Shown in pieces: positions 19,963 to 29,965 of a stretch of 50,384 nt of DNA; the stretch's first letter is position 1, and every line of letters begins with the position of its first letter. The notes beneath the pieces are model-generated. The model was not told the origin of the DNA, did not search any database, and was given only the letters and a program-made list of their open reading frames with translations. The stretch spans positions 1 through 50,384 of the forward strand of contig JBJECV010000002.1 in assembly GCA_051871435.1 (NCBI GenBank), given 5' to 3'. The position numbers and the translations under genes are program-made. The DNA is from Sodaliphilus sp. (GTDB lineage: Bacteria; Bacteroidota; Bacteroidia; Bacteroidales; Muribaculaceae).

Positions 19963-21657
19963 TTATTCGTCGAATTTGCGGTAGCGGATGCGTTTGGGTT
20001 CTTCAGTGCCCAAGCGTTTCGCCTTATTCACTTCATAATCAGAATAGTTGCCGTCGAAGAAGAACACATTGCCATCGCCTTCAAAAGCCAGGATGTGGGT
20101 GCAGATGCGGTCGAGGAACCAGCGGTCGTGGCTGATGACCACAGCGCATCCGGCAAATGCTTCCAAACCTTCTTCGAGCGCACGGAGTGTGTTCACATCG
20201 ATGTCGTTGGTAGGTTCGTCGAGCAAGAGCACATTTCCTTCTTGCTTGAGAGCGAGTGCCAATTGCAAGCGATTTCGCTCACCGCCGGAGAGCACCCCGC
20301 ATTTCTTTTCTTGGTCGGCTCCGGTGAAATTGAAGCGGCTCAGATAGGCTCGCGCATTGATTTCTCTGCCACCCATTCTCATCAGTTCATTGCCTTGGCT
20401 CACCACTTCGTACACACTCTTTGTGGGGTCGATATCCTTGTGCTGCTGGTCCACGTAAGCCAATTTCACGGTTTCGCCCACCGAGAATGTGCCTCTGTCG
20501 GGTGTTTCAAGGCCCATAATGAGGCGGAAAAGGGTGGTTTTGCCCACGCCATTCGGGCCAATCACACCAATAATGCCGGCAGGCGGAAGAGTGAACGATA
20601 AATCTTTGTAGAGCACCTTATCGCCGAATGCTTTGGCAATGCCATTGGCTTCAATCACATTGTTGCCAAGGCGCGGTCCATTGGGAATGAAGATTTCGAG
20701 GTGTTGTTCCTTTTCTTTTTGGTCCTCGTTGAGCAGTCGGTCGTAGGAATTTAAGCGAGCTTTACCCTTGGCTTGTCGAGCCTTAGGCGCCATTCTTACC
20801 CATTCCAATTCGCGTTCAAGAGTCTTTCTGCGTTTGCTTGCCGCCTTTTCTTCTTGCGCCATTCGTTTCGACTTTTGGTCGAGCCACGAAGAATAGTTGC
20901 CCTTCCAAGGAATACCTTCGCCGCGGTCGAGTTCGAGAATCCATCCTGCCACATCGTCGAGGAAATAGCGGTCGTGGGTTACGGCAATCACGGTGCCCTC
21001 GTATTGATTCAGATGCTGTTCGAGCCAGTCGATACTTTCTGCATCAAGGTGGTTGGTAGGTTCGTCGAGCAGAAGCACATCGGGCTTTTGGAGCAGCAGT
21101 CGGCACAGCGCCACACGGCGGCGTTCGCCACCCGACAGGTGAGCCGCCAATTGGTCGGCAGGCGGCAGGTTGAGAGCCGCCATGGCGCGATTCAATCGCG
21201 TGTCGAGGTTCCAAGCATCGGTAGCGTCGAGCACATTTTGAATTTCGGCTTGGCGGGCAAAGAGTTCATTCATTTTGTCCTCATTTTCGTAATATTCCGG
21301 CAATCCGAATTTTTTATTGATTTCTTCGTATTCTTCGAGTGCATCCACCACCTCTTGCACTCCTTCTTTCACGATTTGGAGCACCGTTTTGTTGTCGTCG
21401 AGTGGCGGGTCTTGTGGCAGATACCCCACGCTGTAGCCCGGAGCCCACACCACTTCGCCTTGATAATCATTTTCAATGCCGGCAATAATCTTCATGAGCG
21501 TGGATTTACCTGAGCCGTTCAAACCAATGATGCCGATTTTGGCACCATAAAAGAAAGATAGATAAATGTTTTTGAGGATGGTTTTATTGGTCTGCTTAAT
21601 GGTTTTGTTCAGACCCACCATCGAGAAAATTACTTTTTTATCGTCAACAGTTGCCAT
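19963..21657 (-). CDS. ettA: Energy-dependent translational throttle protein EttA (ABC-F ATPase)
   Basis: Two ABC domains (GLNGSGKS, GPNGVGKT, LSGGE twice, DEPT twice) with the ELEWVRMAPKARQAKGKAR linker. Confidence 0.96.
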   Translation of the reverse strand: MATVDDKKVIFSMVGLNKTIKQTNKTILKNIYLSFFYGAKIGIIGLNGSGKSTLMKIIAGIENDYQGEVVWAPGYSVGYLPQDPPLDDNKTVLQIVKEGVQEVVDALEEYEEINKKFGLPEYYENEDKMNELFARQAEIQNVLDATDAWNLDTRLNRAMAALNLPPADQLAAHLSGGERRRVALCRLLLQKPDVLLLDEPTNHLDAESIDWLEQHLNQYEGTVIAVTHDRYFLDDVAGWILELDRGEGIPWKGNYSSWLDQKSKRMAQEEKAASKRRKTLERELEWVRMAPKARQAKGKARLNSYDRLLNEDQKEKEQHLEIFIPNGPRLGNNVIEANGIAKAFGDKVLYKDLSFTLPPAGIIGVIGPNGVGKTTLFRLIMGLETPDRGTFSVGETVKLAYVDQQHKDIDPTKSVYEVVSQGNELMRMGGREINARAYLSRFNFTGADQEKKCGVLSGGERNRLQLALALKQEGNVLLLDEPTNDIDVNTLRALEEGLEAFAGCAVVISHDRWFLDRICTHILAFEGDGNVFFFDGNYSDYEVNKAKRLGTEEPKRIRYRKFDE

Positions 21658-21756
21658 GCTAAATATGTATGGTTGAGTAATAGAATTTGTTTTCTACAAA
21701 GATAGCAAAAGTATTTCACATTTCCTTGCACTGCAAAGATGTGCCTTAAAAAATTA

Positions 21757-23181
21757 TTAGGTGAGGGTGTAGGATTTGAGCCATTTTCCGGAGCGCAGGC
21801 GGTAGAGGTAGAGCAGACCGCGAATCACCAGCTCCACAGCCATAGCTATCCACACACCGCGAAGTCCGAAAGTGCCCACTAAGGTGGCAGAGAGTGTGAG
21901 GCGCACGCCCCACATACTCGCCAAATTGTAGCCGCAAGGCACGAGGGTGTCGCCGGCACCCACAAACACCCCGTAGCCCACAATCGACAGGGCAAAAAAC
22001 GGTTCGGCAAAGGCTTGAATGCGTAGCACTTCGGCTCCTGCAGCGATGATGTCGGGCACAGGTGATAGCAAGCTCATCATCCAAGGCGCACCGATGTAGA
22101 GTAGCACACCCATTATCGTCATCACCGCTGTTCCCATCACCACTGTGATGCCCGCCATTTGTTTGGCGAGCGATTTCCGTCCGGCACCTATGCTTTGTCC
22201 GATGAGCACTGTGGCGGCATCGGCGATACCATTGCCGGGCATATAGCAGATGCTTTCTGCGGTGATAGCGAAGGTGTTAGCTGCCAAGGCGATAGAACCT
22301 AATGGCGCCACGATGGCAGTGATGACGATGCTTGCCGAACACATACAAAAGTGTAGCAAACCCATCGGCCCGCCAATTTTTACGGCTTTTTGCAGGCATA
22401 TTCGTGTGGGCATAAACGAACCTTTTTCGCCTATCAATCGCATTTCCTTCGATTTGCAGCAAGCATACCACATCATGCAAATGGAGGTGATGGTGATAGC
22501 AAAGAATGACCCGAGTGCGGCGCCTTTCACTTCCCATCCTGCACCGGGGATGGTGAGCGGTACGCCGCAAATGGTGAGCGTGTGGGTGGGGTAGATGAGT
22601 AGGTAATTAAACAGTACATCTAAAGCACACATCATCACATTGAAGATGGAGGGCGTTTTGATATCGCCACTGCTGCGTAGCATACCCGCGGCGAGCATAT
22701 TCATTGCCAACATAGGCATTGCACAGCAGAATATCATAAAATAGGCGGAGGCATCGGCACACACTTCGTTGCTACCGCATAGCCAGTGGGGGAGGTGTGG
22801 GCTGATGCACACGCCTATGAGCATCACGGTGAGTGAGAAGATGCAAATGGCGGTGATGGCTTGGCGAAACACACTTCTGGCTTCCCCATCTTTTTTTCCA
22901 CCTATTAAATGTGCCACCTGAACACTGAAACCCGAAGCGGCAGCATTGCAAATACCGAAAATGAGCCACAAACTGGTGGCAACCAATCCGATAGATGCCG
23001 ACTGGTTGGCGCCCAGCTGTCCCACCATAGAAGCATCTATAAATTCCATGATAATGGAAGAAATCTGCACTAAGATGGCAGGCACACTCAGTAATCCTGC
23101 AAGTTGGAATTGCTGCATGCGGCTGATGGGCTTTCCGTTTCGAATCAGCGATAATAATATGTCTTTTTTCGATTCTCTCAT
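21757..23181 (-). CDS. MATE-family efflux transporter
   Basis: IDASMVGQLG, LRSSGDIKTP, GAGDT and GLRGVWIAM; about 12 hydrophobic segments; start set at ATG 23181. Confidence 0.92.
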   Translation of the reverse strand: MRESKKDILLSLIRNGKPISRMQQFQLAGLLSVPAILVQISSIIMEFIDASMVGQLGANQSASIGLVATSLWLIFGICNAAASGFSVQVAHLIGGKKDGEARSVFRQAITAICIFSLTVMLIGVCISPHLPHWLCGSNEVCADASAYFMIFCCAMPMLAMNMLAAGMLRSSGDIKTPSIFNVMMCALDVLFNYLLIYPTHTLTICGVPLTIPGAGWEVKGAALGSFFAITITSICMMWYACCKSKEMRLIGEKGSFMPTRICLQKAVKIGGPMGLLHFCMCSASIVITAIVAPLGSIALAANTFAITAESICYMPGNGIADAATVLIGQSIGAGRKSLAKQMAGITVVMGTAVMTIMGVLLYIGAPWMMSLLSPVPDIIAAGAEVLRIQAFAEPFFALSIVGYGVFVGAGDTLVPCGYNLASMWGVRLTLSATLVGTFGLRGVWIAMAVELVIRGLLYLYRLRSGKWLKSYTLT

Positions 23182-23319
23182 TTTTGTGGCTTTATGCAAT
23201 GGCTGCGATAAAGTTTTGCAAAGATACGATTAATTTTCCATATTTTTGGGTGGTAGCGGTTAAGCAAGTGAAACACTAATTGAACGAAAACGAAAACACC
23301 CATTTGTGAAACATCCGGA

Positions 23320-23472
23320 ACACGTGAAACACCAATTTGAAGGTTAGTCGTGCTTCGCACTTGGTTAGCCGCTCGCGAGCTCGCTTGGTTAGTCGCGCTT
23401 CGCGCTTGGTTAGAGGTGTTCTCCCTGCGTGAAACACCCTGAAACACTTGAAACGCGTTAAACACTGGAACA
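23320..23472 (-). repeat. Dispersed intergenic repeat, copy 2 (inverted relative to 12592-12754)
   Basis: The ~119-bp core matches copy 1 with about 3 substitutions; degenerate GTGTTTCA 9-mers on both sides extend to about 23269. Confidence 0.92.
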
Positions 23473-23511
23473 TTTGGCTATTGTACTAAAAAATTTCAAT
23501 GTACTTTTTGG

Positions 23512-23555
23512 CAAAGTTACTTTTGGAAAGCAATTATGTCAATCCCAATACGGCA
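23512..23555 (-). promoter_or_regulatory. Dispersed promoter-like motif, copy 2
   Basis: Minus strand reads TGCCGTATTGGG-ATTGAC...TAACTTTG, pointing into repeat copy 2 and the MATE gene. Confidence 0.55.
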
Positions 23556-23625
23556 TTTTATTTATTTGGGTCAATAAGGCTACAGACAACGAGGCAATGT
23601 GATAGGGGGTAAACGGTTACAGGAT

Positions 23626-24371
23626 GGCTCAGTAGAAAAACAGTGGGTGTGGGGGATAGGTCACACTTCTCCACAATTCAAAATAGGTAAAGGGTGCGAA
23701 GGATTGGCATCCCGTCAGGGATGCGATGTGTGTAGGCCGGTATGAGATGAACATGGAGCGTAGCGGAGGGTTCATCGAAATGCCGGTAACCGATGCCGCC
23801 CCACCGCACGCATGCCGTAGGTATGCAACCCTCACCACGGAGGAGTGCACGTCTTCAAGTGCTTCATAACCAGGGTGTAACCACCAGAGCTTCCCTTAGC
23901 TTACACGATTACATAGAGCATCATGTAAGGGGCGAAACACCTTTGTGGGGATTTGCCACAACCGACCATCCGATGCTCATTGCTTTTGCTTCGGCATTCT
24001 CCAAGCTGCGCTTCGGCTGCGCCTTCGCTTGCATGGAGTTAACCACAATACGCCGTCTCCGACGGCGGTGGGGAAAGCCACCTGGCCCCTCCCTAAAGAA
24101 AAAGCCTATCCCCGGCCCCTCCCTGAAGGGAAGGGAAATATTTGCAACATGCAGAATATCAAATGATTGTTGTGGCGCAATATTTTGCGTCCGCCCGATG
24201 GTTTTATCCCATTGAGGGGCGGGCGCAAAGTATTGCGCCACAACAAGAGATTGTGTGTATATTATTGTGTACCAGTTATTTCGCACCCATTACATACGGG
24301 GGCATGTCCCTACCGGCGGGTGCATTTTCGGTGGATTTAGTATGGTTGCCCCACTGTTTTTCTACAGAGCC
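23626..24371. mobile_element. Non-autonomous IS-derived element (MITE), ISL3-like ends
   Basis: TIRs GGCTCAGTAGAAAAACAGTGGG (23626-23647) and CCCACTGTTTTTCTACAGAGCC (24350-24371), 21/22 complementary; direct repeat TACAGGAT at 23618-23625 and 24372-24379; no transposase ORF inside. Confidence 0.88.
24166..24246. repeat. REPIN-like long hairpin inside the MITE
   Basis: TTGTTGTGGCGCAATATTTTGCGTCCGCCC pairs with GGGCGGGCGCAAAGTATTGCGCCACAACAA; each arm is itself a small palindrome. Confidence 0.8.
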
Positions 24372-24402
24372 TACAGGATTGTTGGAGCGTGTTCTATTTG
24401 AT

Positions 24403-24436
24403 AAAAAAGAGCCTTGCTGTAGAAGCAAGGCTCTTT
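24403..24436 (-). terminator. Intrinsic terminator of the OmpA-family gene
   Basis: AAAAAAGAGCCTTGCT-GTAGA-AGCAAGGCTCTTT; the A tract gives a U tail on the minus strand. Confidence 0.85.
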
Positions 24437-24457
24437 GTGATGCTATATAATTTAAAA

Positions 24458-25711
24458 TTATTTAGCGCGGTAGATAGTAACGGCGCGGTCGAGAGAAGCG
24501 CACTTAGCACCGTAGTTGGTGAGGTTACCATCGTTGATTTGTGCATCGAGGCGACCTTCTTCTACACCCTTCACCACGAGAGCTTTCTTCACGGTAGCTA
24601 CACGTTCTTTGCGGAGACGAGTGTTGATCTTGTCGTTACCGGTGTAGTTATCAGCCCAACCGGTGAGCACATAGTTGTTAGATTCAGCCTTCATTACTTC
24701 AGCAACGGCTTCCACAACGTTCTTTTGAACACCTACGATCTTAGAAACATTGATGGGGAAGTAAACTGTAGCAAGAGGAGCTTCAGCTTTTTCTTCTACC
24801 ACGGGAGCGGGAGCTTTTTTCTTGCGGCATTCTTCGAGTTGCTTTTTGAGGTTAGCAATGTTTTGGTTAGCAGCTTCGAGTTTAGCGCGGAGGTCATCCA
24901 CATAAGCGTCGGTGTATTTGATTTCCGGGCAAACGGGAACCACGGGAGCGTTCCATTCAGTTTTGTTGAACTTGTAAGCCACACCCACGAGAGCAGAAGG
25001 ATATTCGTTCCAAGTTCTCAAGCCGTGACCGTCGGTGCTTTCTTGAAGCATTTCGAAACGGAGGTCGAGGTTGATGGCGATGTTCTTGGTTACATTGAAT
25101 TGATTGAGCAAACCGAAGCGTGCGGAGAAGTTACGAGAGTGTGGGCTATCTGAGCCACCGTCGTATTTCCAGCTGTCGCCGCGAGATTCAGCACCTGTTT
25201 TTTCGTGTTCGTACACCCAGTGGATGCCAAAACCAGCGTAAACTACAGCGTTGTAGAAACGGCCGGGTTTGTAACCGCAAATCCAGTTGGTGGCATTGAA
25301 CAATACATCACCAAAGGCACCAATGTTGTTGAACTTAGAAGGTTTCAAAGCGTTGCCTTCATAAGTGCCGAGAGTTTGGTTCCAAGGACGATAACCAAGA
25401 CCATACTTGTGAGTTACACCAATCATTTGGTTGAATTCACCACCCACGCGGATACCGAGAAGTGGAGAGAACCATTTACCTACAGCAACTTGTCCCTTCA
25501 AACCGAGGCGCTTGCCAAAATCTTGCTTTGAGTCGAAAGTAGACATCAAAACACCGGCACCACCGTCGATTTCAACGAACCAGTTGTCTTGCATTCTGTT
25601 GAAGAGATAGCCTTGAGCAGGATCTTCAACATAAGTTACTTCTTGTGCGGCAGCTGAGAAGTTGCCCATCAACATAGCACAAGCAAATGCTAATAAAGTA
25701 ATCTTTTTCAT
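24458..25711 (-). CDS. OmpA-family outer-membrane protein (Bacteroidales Omp40/41-like)
   Basis: Signal peptide; DNWF and VGKWFSPLLGIR barrel motifs; coiled coil; C-terminal OmpA-like domain (VYFPINVS, GWADNYTG, NTRLRKERV). Confidence 0.92.
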   Translation of the reverse strand: MKKITLLAFACAMLMGNFSAAAQEVTYVEDPAQGYLFNRMQDNWFVEIDGGAGVLMSTFDSKQDFGKRLGLKGQVAVGKWFSPLLGIRVGGEFNQMIGVTHKYGLGYRPWNQTLGTYEGNALKPSKFNNIGAFGDVLFNATNWICGYKPGRFYNAVVYAGFGIHWVYEHEKTGAESRGDSWKYDGGSDSPHSRNFSARFGLLNQFNVTKNIAINLDLRFEMLQESTDGHGLRTWNEYPSALVGVAYKFNKTEWNAPVVPVCPEIKYTDAYVDDLRAKLEAANQNIANLKKQLEECRKKKAPAPVVEEKAEAPLATVYFPINVSKIVGVQKNVVEAVAEVMKAESNNYVLTGWADNYTGNDKINTRLRKERVATVKKALVVKGVEEGRLDAQINDGNLTNYGAKCASLDRAVTIYRAK

Positions 25712-25849
25712 AAACTTACGTTTTTTATTATAATAAAAAATTTAAAAATTGCACAATAAAAAAATTGCACCTTCTCTATCAAATTATTTGCAAATATAGA
25801 CACTATTTTTTGAATACACAATTTTTTTTGTTAAAAATTGCCATTTTAG

Positions 25850-27889
25850 TTATTTTTTTATCCACTCTATAATTGATTTAGCCACGATTTCGGGCGTGAA
25901 ACCGAACTTTTCGTCGAGCACTTTATAGGGAGCGGACTCGCCAAAGTGGTTTAATCCCTTCACGTATCCATTCGGAATGAGTGTTTTAAGGGTGGAGGGC
26001 AATCCGGCGGTGAGTCCGAATGCGGGTATTCCTTGCGGAATTACCGCATTGCGGTAGTCGGCATCTTGATTGAGGAACAGTCCGATGGAAGGAACCGACA
26101 CGATTTGCGATTTAATTCCTTCAGCTTCAATCAATTTAGCAGCTGCCACGATGGTCGACACTTCCGAGCCGTTGGCCACAAGCACCACATCGGCATCTGC
26201 TTCATGCTTCACCACGTAGCCGCCACGCTGTGCTTGCAAAGCGGCTTGATAGCGAGCGTCGTAGCCTTCGCCATCTTCGGCAGGAACGTCGACAATATCT
26301 TGTCGGGAAAGGATGAGAGCGGTGGGCGTTTGGGTGTTTTCCATCGCCATTTTCCAAGCCACAGAAGTTTCGGCGGCATCAGCCGGTCGGAGTACGAGCA
26401 TGCTGTTTTGCCCGCTATGATTTTTCAGTTCTTCCATCAGTCGGATTTGTGCTTCTTGTTCCACCGGTTCGTGTGTGGGACCGTCTTCGCCCACACGGAA
26501 GGCATCGTGAGTCCAGATAAATTTTACCGGAATTTCCATCAGAGCCGACAGCCGTACGGCAGGCTTCATATAGTCGCTAAACACGAAGAAGGTGGCGCAA
26601 GCACCAATCACACCGCCGTGGAGAGCCATACCATTAATAATAGCCGTCATTGCCAATTCCGACACACCGGCATGCAAAAACGCGCCGGAGAAATCGCCCG
26701 GAGCGAAGGCTTTGGTTTTTTTCAAAAAGCCGTCGGTTTTGTCGCTATTCGCCAAGTCGGCCGACGACACAATCATATTGGGCACTTGCTCAGCCAACGC
26801 GCCGAGCACATTAGCCGAGGCGGCACGAGTGGCGATGTTGGGTTTGTGTGCAATACCGGCAAAGTCCACTTCAGCCACTTTTCCAGCGATGCAGTCGTCG
26901 AGTTCCTTCGCCTTTTCCGGATTTGCTTTGCGCCATGCCTGCTCAGCGGCTTTGCGTTCAGCCACGATGGCAGCCAATTCGCGGGCACGCTCTTGGTAGA
27001 GATTTTCCACTTCCGGGAATGTGGCCCACACATTATTAATATTACCGCCCAAATTTTCGATGGTTTTTTCAAAACTTGCCCCCGATTTGCTTAGCGGATT
27101 GCCGTGGGTGCTACATTTGCCTTCAAAATTGTCGCCGGTTTCGGTTACGCAACCGCGTCCCATAATGGTGCGCCCGATGATGAGGGTGGGGCGCTTCTGC
27201 TCCATCTGTGCCGCTATCAGTGCCGAACCGATTTCCTTTGGGTCGGTGCCATCAATTTCTATCACATTCCAATTCCAAGCGCGATATTTCATTGCCGTAT
27301 CTTCGCTCGAAACGGCATCGCAGTTGGTGGAAAGCTGCACACTATTGCTGTCGTAAAACATGATTAAGTTGTTCAGCCTCAGGTAGCCTGCCAAGCGTCC
27401 GGCTTCTTGCGAAATGCCCTCTTGCACACCGCCATCGCTAATGAAGGCGTAGGTTTTGTGGGCAAATGCTTCGCTATAGTGGGCGGCAATAAAACGCTCT
27501 GCAATGGCGCTACCCACAGCCATCACATGGCCTTGCCCGAGCGGACCGGAGGTATTTTCGATGCCATGCTCAAAGTCTACTTCCGGGTGACCGTGGGTGA
27601 TGCTGCCCCACGAGCGAAAATGCTGAAGGTCGTCTACTGTGAATTTTCCGGTAAGGTGTAGCACGGCATAGAGCATGGGCGACATGTGACCGGGGTCGAG
27701 ATAGAAACGGTCGCGAGCAAACCAAGTGGGGTTAGCCGGGTCGTGTACCAAGAATTTGGAATAGAGCACATTCACGAAGTCTGCTCCGCCCATGGCGCCA
27801 CCGGGGTGCCCTGACTTAGCGTTTTCCACCATCGATGCAGCCAAGATGCGAATATTGTTGGCTGCTTTATTCATTACATTGATATCCAT
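25850..27889 (-). CDS. tkt: Transketolase
   Basis: SGHPGGAMG, SGPLGQG, SDGGVQEG (TPP-binding) and GEDGPTHEP; start set at ATG 27889. Confidence 0.97.
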   Translation of the reverse strand: MDINVMNKAANNIRILAASMVENAKSGHPGGAMGGADFVNVLYSKFLVHDPANPTWFARDRFYLDPGHMSPMLYAVLHLTGKFTVDDLQHFRSWGSITHGHPEVDFEHGIENTSGPLGQGHVMAVGSAIAERFIAAHYSEAFAHKTYAFISDGGVQEGISQEAGRLAGYLRLNNLIMFYDSNSVQLSTNCDAVSSEDTAMKYRAWNWNVIEIDGTDPKEIGSALIAAQMEQKRPTLIIGRTIMGRGCVTETGDNFEGKCSTHGNPLSKSGASFEKTIENLGGNINNVWATFPEVENLYQERARELAAIVAERKAAEQAWRKANPEKAKELDDCIAGKVAEVDFAGIAHKPNIATRAASANVLGALAEQVPNMIVSSADLANSDKTDGFLKKTKAFAPGDFSGAFLHAGVSELAMTAIINGMALHGGVIGACATFFVFSDYMKPAVRLSALMEIPVKFIWTHDAFRVGEDGPTHEPVEQEAQIRLMEELKNHSGQNSMLVLRPADAAETSVAWKMAMENTQTPTALILSRQDIVDVPAEDGEGYDARYQAALQAQRGGYVVKHEADADVVLVANGSEVSTIVAAAKLIEAEGIKSQIVSVPSIGLFLNQDADYRNAVIPQGIPAFGLTAGLPSTLKTLIPNGYVKGLNHFGESAPYKVLDEKFGFTPEIVAKSIIEWIKK

Positions 27890-27967
27890 TGTGTAAGCGA
27901 TATTTTCAAAAGTTGATTGTTTTAAAGTTACGAAATTACAAAAATAATTGCAAAGGAGCAAATTAAA

Positions 27968-28128
27968 TAGCCATTAGCCATTAGCCTTTAGCCTTTAGCT
28001 TTTAGCTTTTAGCCATTAGCCTTTAGCCGGGAGCCGTTAGCTATCAAAGCTATAGTGGCTATAGAGGCTACAGAGCTAAAAGCTAATGGCTAACGGCTAA
28101 TGGCTAAAAGCTCCCGGCTGCCGGCTAA
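27968..28128. repeat. Palindromically arranged short tandem repeats (7-mer arms, 9-mer centre)
   Basis: About 8-9 TTAGCCA/TTAGCCT/TTAGCTT units, AGCCGGGAGC, about 4 GCTATAGAG-like units, then about 5 GCTAATG/GCTAACG/GCTAAAA units and GCTCCCGGCT. Confidence 0.88.
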
Positions 28129-29882
28129 TATTTTACTTTGTAGGCTGTGTTGGCTTTTTTTGCGATGTAGATTTGTCCCGGTTGTGGATTTGATACTTTT
28201 ATGCCTTGCAAATTGTAGTATTCCACCGGGGTATTGTTTGTTTCCACCACGAGTTCCACTCCTGATGGATTGCTCACGGTGAGCACCTTATTGCTTAAGT
28301 CGAATCGCAGGGTTACATTTTGGGCACTCCCGGCAGCAAGCTGCATGTTGGCACCTCTTGCCACCAAAGTGTAGGGCTGATTGATAGTTATCCATTCGTT
28401 GGCTATGCCGCCATAATCCACCACATCCCAGCTGCCATCGGCAATTTTGAATAAGCCTGAAAGGGTTGCTAATTTCAGTTCGTAGAGATTGTTGCCCAAA
28501 TCGGTGAATTTGTATTTATCGAGTGCAGCCCATTCACCCACGTCAGAGCCGCGCAAATAGATGGGCCCTACTTTGGGCTCCGGCAAGGTGTAGCCCTCCA
28601 AACCGAGTTTGTAGCCAAAGCTATTGATAGCATCGCGCAGTTGCTGTTGCACTTCAGCCAGGGGCGTGTCCATATCGGGATTGCCGTAGCCATCGCTTTT
28701 CCATCGCTCGGCATCGCTGGCTGCGGCCTTACGGATGCGATTGGCATATTCGTTTTGATAATTGAAAATGCGTTCGAACCCTTCCTTAGCCATTGCCTCG
28801 AATATGCGTTTTGCTTCATTTTGGAAAGTGGTGCAATTCCACATATTTTTAATCCAATGCTGTGCGTATTGTCCTTCCCAAATCCATCTCGACACATCGC
28901 GCGACACTTGGAACGACGAGCCGAAGTCCCAAACCGGTCCGAAATGCCATTTTTGGTTGTTACCCTTGTCTTTGTAGAGATAGCACGAGCCGGTGTAGGC
29001 TTCATAATTGTTCATGATTTGGTTCACCACAAAGAAGCGAGCGGCATCGGAAAGGTCAATTTTATTGAGCCAAACGCCCTCGGCATTATTGTCGTCATAA
29101 ATCATGGCGTCGATGGCATCGAATTCCCGGCTCAGCCATTGTCGGTGGGCGTCGGTCACATAGTCTTCCGGCGATTTGTAGGTAATCCACAATTCCTCGT
29201 CGGTGCGTTGTCGCGAAGGCACCACCACTTGGTTGGCATCTTTCGTGTTGTCGAATTCCACAATCCATGCACCGGTGTAGTCGTCGTCGGTGAAGGGGTA
29301 GTCGTCAGCGTTGGCGCCCGGATTAGCTGTGAGCCAATCTTCCACCATATCATCGGGATTGGTGAGATTGATGCGTTTTTTGTCGAAGCGGATGGTTTCG
29401 GTGAGGAAATAAAGTCCGATGTAATCGCCATTGAGTATTACTTCGCAGGGTTGGTCGGCAGGGGTCCAAGGCAGCCCCGCCATCCGGCTCACTTCAAATC
29501 CGGTGAGATTTCGCATAAATGCGCGACTATCGTCGGCGTGCGCCATCAGCGCAAAGTGTTTGCTGCTGTTCATTCCCAGCAGAGCGGCTTTTTTGTCCAA
29601 TTTTATGCGGTAAGGCTTTTTGTTGAACGCCCACCAGGTGTAGTTGCCGCGTCCCTTGATTTGCAGCGGGAGAGGGTTTTCTGCAGAACCAAACGCCTCA
29701 ACGCCCTCCACGCCGCGCGGGTCGAGGTAGTAGGTGCCCGCCACATACACATCTTTGGAAGTGATGGCTTTATGATTTTCTGTTTCAATCACCATCACGG
29801 GCAGTGTGCCCGAAGGCTGCGAGGCAAATAGTGCGGGCGTCATTGCCAATGCCAAAATAACGATAATCAACAACTTGTTCAT
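28125..29882 (-). CDS. CotH kinase-family secreted protein with a SusE/F-like C-terminal domain and T9SS-like tail
   Basis: Signal peptide; IKGRGNYTW, KKPYRIKL, LNGDYIGLYFLTE and GPVWDF CotH motifs; IYLRG..W module; PVEYYNLQGIKV...GQIYI tail; start set at ATG 29882. Confidence 0.88.
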   Translation of the reverse strand: MNKLLIIVILALAMTPALFASQPSGTLPVMVIETENHKAITSKDVYVAGTYYLDPRGVEGVEAFGSAENPLPLQIKGRGNYTWWAFNKKPYRIKLDKKAALLGMNSSKHFALMAHADDSRAFMRNLTGFEVSRMAGLPWTPADQPCEVILNGDYIGLYFLTETIRFDKKRINLTNPDDMVEDWLTANPGANADDYPFTDDDYTGAWIVEFDNTKDANQVVVPSRQRTDEELWITYKSPEDYVTDAHRQWLSREFDAIDAMIYDDNNAEGVWLNKIDLSDAARFFVVNQIMNNYEAYTGSCYLYKDKGNNQKWHFGPVWDFGSSFQVSRDVSRWIWEGQYAQHWIKNMWNCTTFQNEAKRIFEAMAKEGFERIFNYQNEYANRIRKAAASDAERWKSDGYGNPDMDTPLAEVQQQLRDAINSFGYKLGLEGYTLPEPKVGPIYLRGSDVGEWAALDKYKFTDLGNNLYELKLATLSGLFKIADGSWDVVDYGGIANEWITINQPYTLVARGANMQLAAGSAQNVTLRFDLSNKVLTVSNPSGVELVVETNNTPVEYYNLQGIKVSNPQPGQIYIAKKANTAYKVKY

Positions 29883-29965
29883 AATTGGTATGATTTCATA
29901 GCAGTGGCTGTAATCTAATGTGAGATTACAGCCACACGCAGTATTAAAGATAAACAATGTAGATT

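Noticed and set aside
23629-24450. Short ORFs inside the MITE as a transposase remnant
   Set aside because: No DDE, HUH or zinc-finger motifs; they are overlapping ORFs in several frames across palindromic DNA.
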